Shown piece by piece: positions 63,828-64,000 of a stretch of 64,000 bases of DNA. The position numbers were made by a program, and so were the translations under genes. The stretch is from a virus. Numbering within the stretch: position 1 is the first letter of the stretch; every line of letters starts with the position of its first letter. Location: IMG/VR virus record IMGVR_UViG_3300031688_001339; one strand, 5' to 3'. Under the pieces are notes generated by a model. It was not told the origin of the DNA and searched no databases. It worked only from the letters and a program-made list of their open reading frames with translations.

Positions 63828-63838
63828 GAAACTATATT

Positions 63839-64000
63839 ATGATTAAGATACCAAAAATAACATTTAAAACTAGAGTTGGTGACCTGACCGAATCAGGAGA
63901 ATGTAACTTTGAAAGCGGAAAATGGGTTGATGTAACATCAGCTAATCTCTTTGACAATAAAAGAGTTGTTTTGTTTAGTTTACCAGGTGCTTTTACACCT
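63839..64000 (+). CDS. Peroxiredoxin (Prx5/type II), 3'-truncated (not in the ORF track)
   Basis: MIKIPKITFKTRVGD...LFDNKRVVLFSLPGAFTP; PGAFTP precedes the peroxidatic Cys in this family. Confidence 0.85.
   Translation, partial: MIKIPKITFKTRVGDLTESGECNFESGKWVDVTSANLFDNKRVVLFSLPGAFTP

Overview
This window is a 64-kb segment of an AT-rich T4-like myophage genome with marine Kyanoviridae/pelagimyophage-type gene order. The host is unknown; low GC, bS21, peptide deformylase and the absence of photosynthesis genes in the window suggest a streamlined marine heterotroph such as SAR11 (inference). The right half (33.4-56.3 kb) is the core module: gp13-gp23, gp3, uvsY, uvsW, tRNA-Gly, gp55, gp47, gp46. 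It is followed by def, a DUF4338/DruA-like gene, a vWA/AAA (CobT/CobS-like) pair, rpsU, a structured non-coding region, a ParB-like gene and a partial peroxiredoxin. The left half holds a ~24-kb enzyme island (2.3-26.3 kb) wedged between virion-fibre genes and wired to gp55-type late promoters (TATAAATA). The island encodes about six glycosyltransferase-like genes, an epimerase, a DegT aminotransferase, a carbamoyltransferase, methyltransferases, a QueC-like PP-loop ATPase, two nitroreductase-fold proteins, SufT/DUF59, and five radical SAM enzymes. Two of those radical SAMs have a SPASM-like domain split off as a separate gene, and a third such pair lies after gp23. The strongest candidate for an undescribed system is a phage-encoded cobalamin uptake unit (BtuB-like TonB-dependent receptor plus an ECF S-component-like membrane protein) lying tail-to-tail with a B12-dependent radical SAM. 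Together these suggest a late-expressed modification pathway that carries its own cofactor supply. Its plausible substrates are the adjacent Ser/Thr-rich collagen-like G(Y/F)(S/T)GS fibres. All family calls come from motif recognition by eye; no database searches were run.
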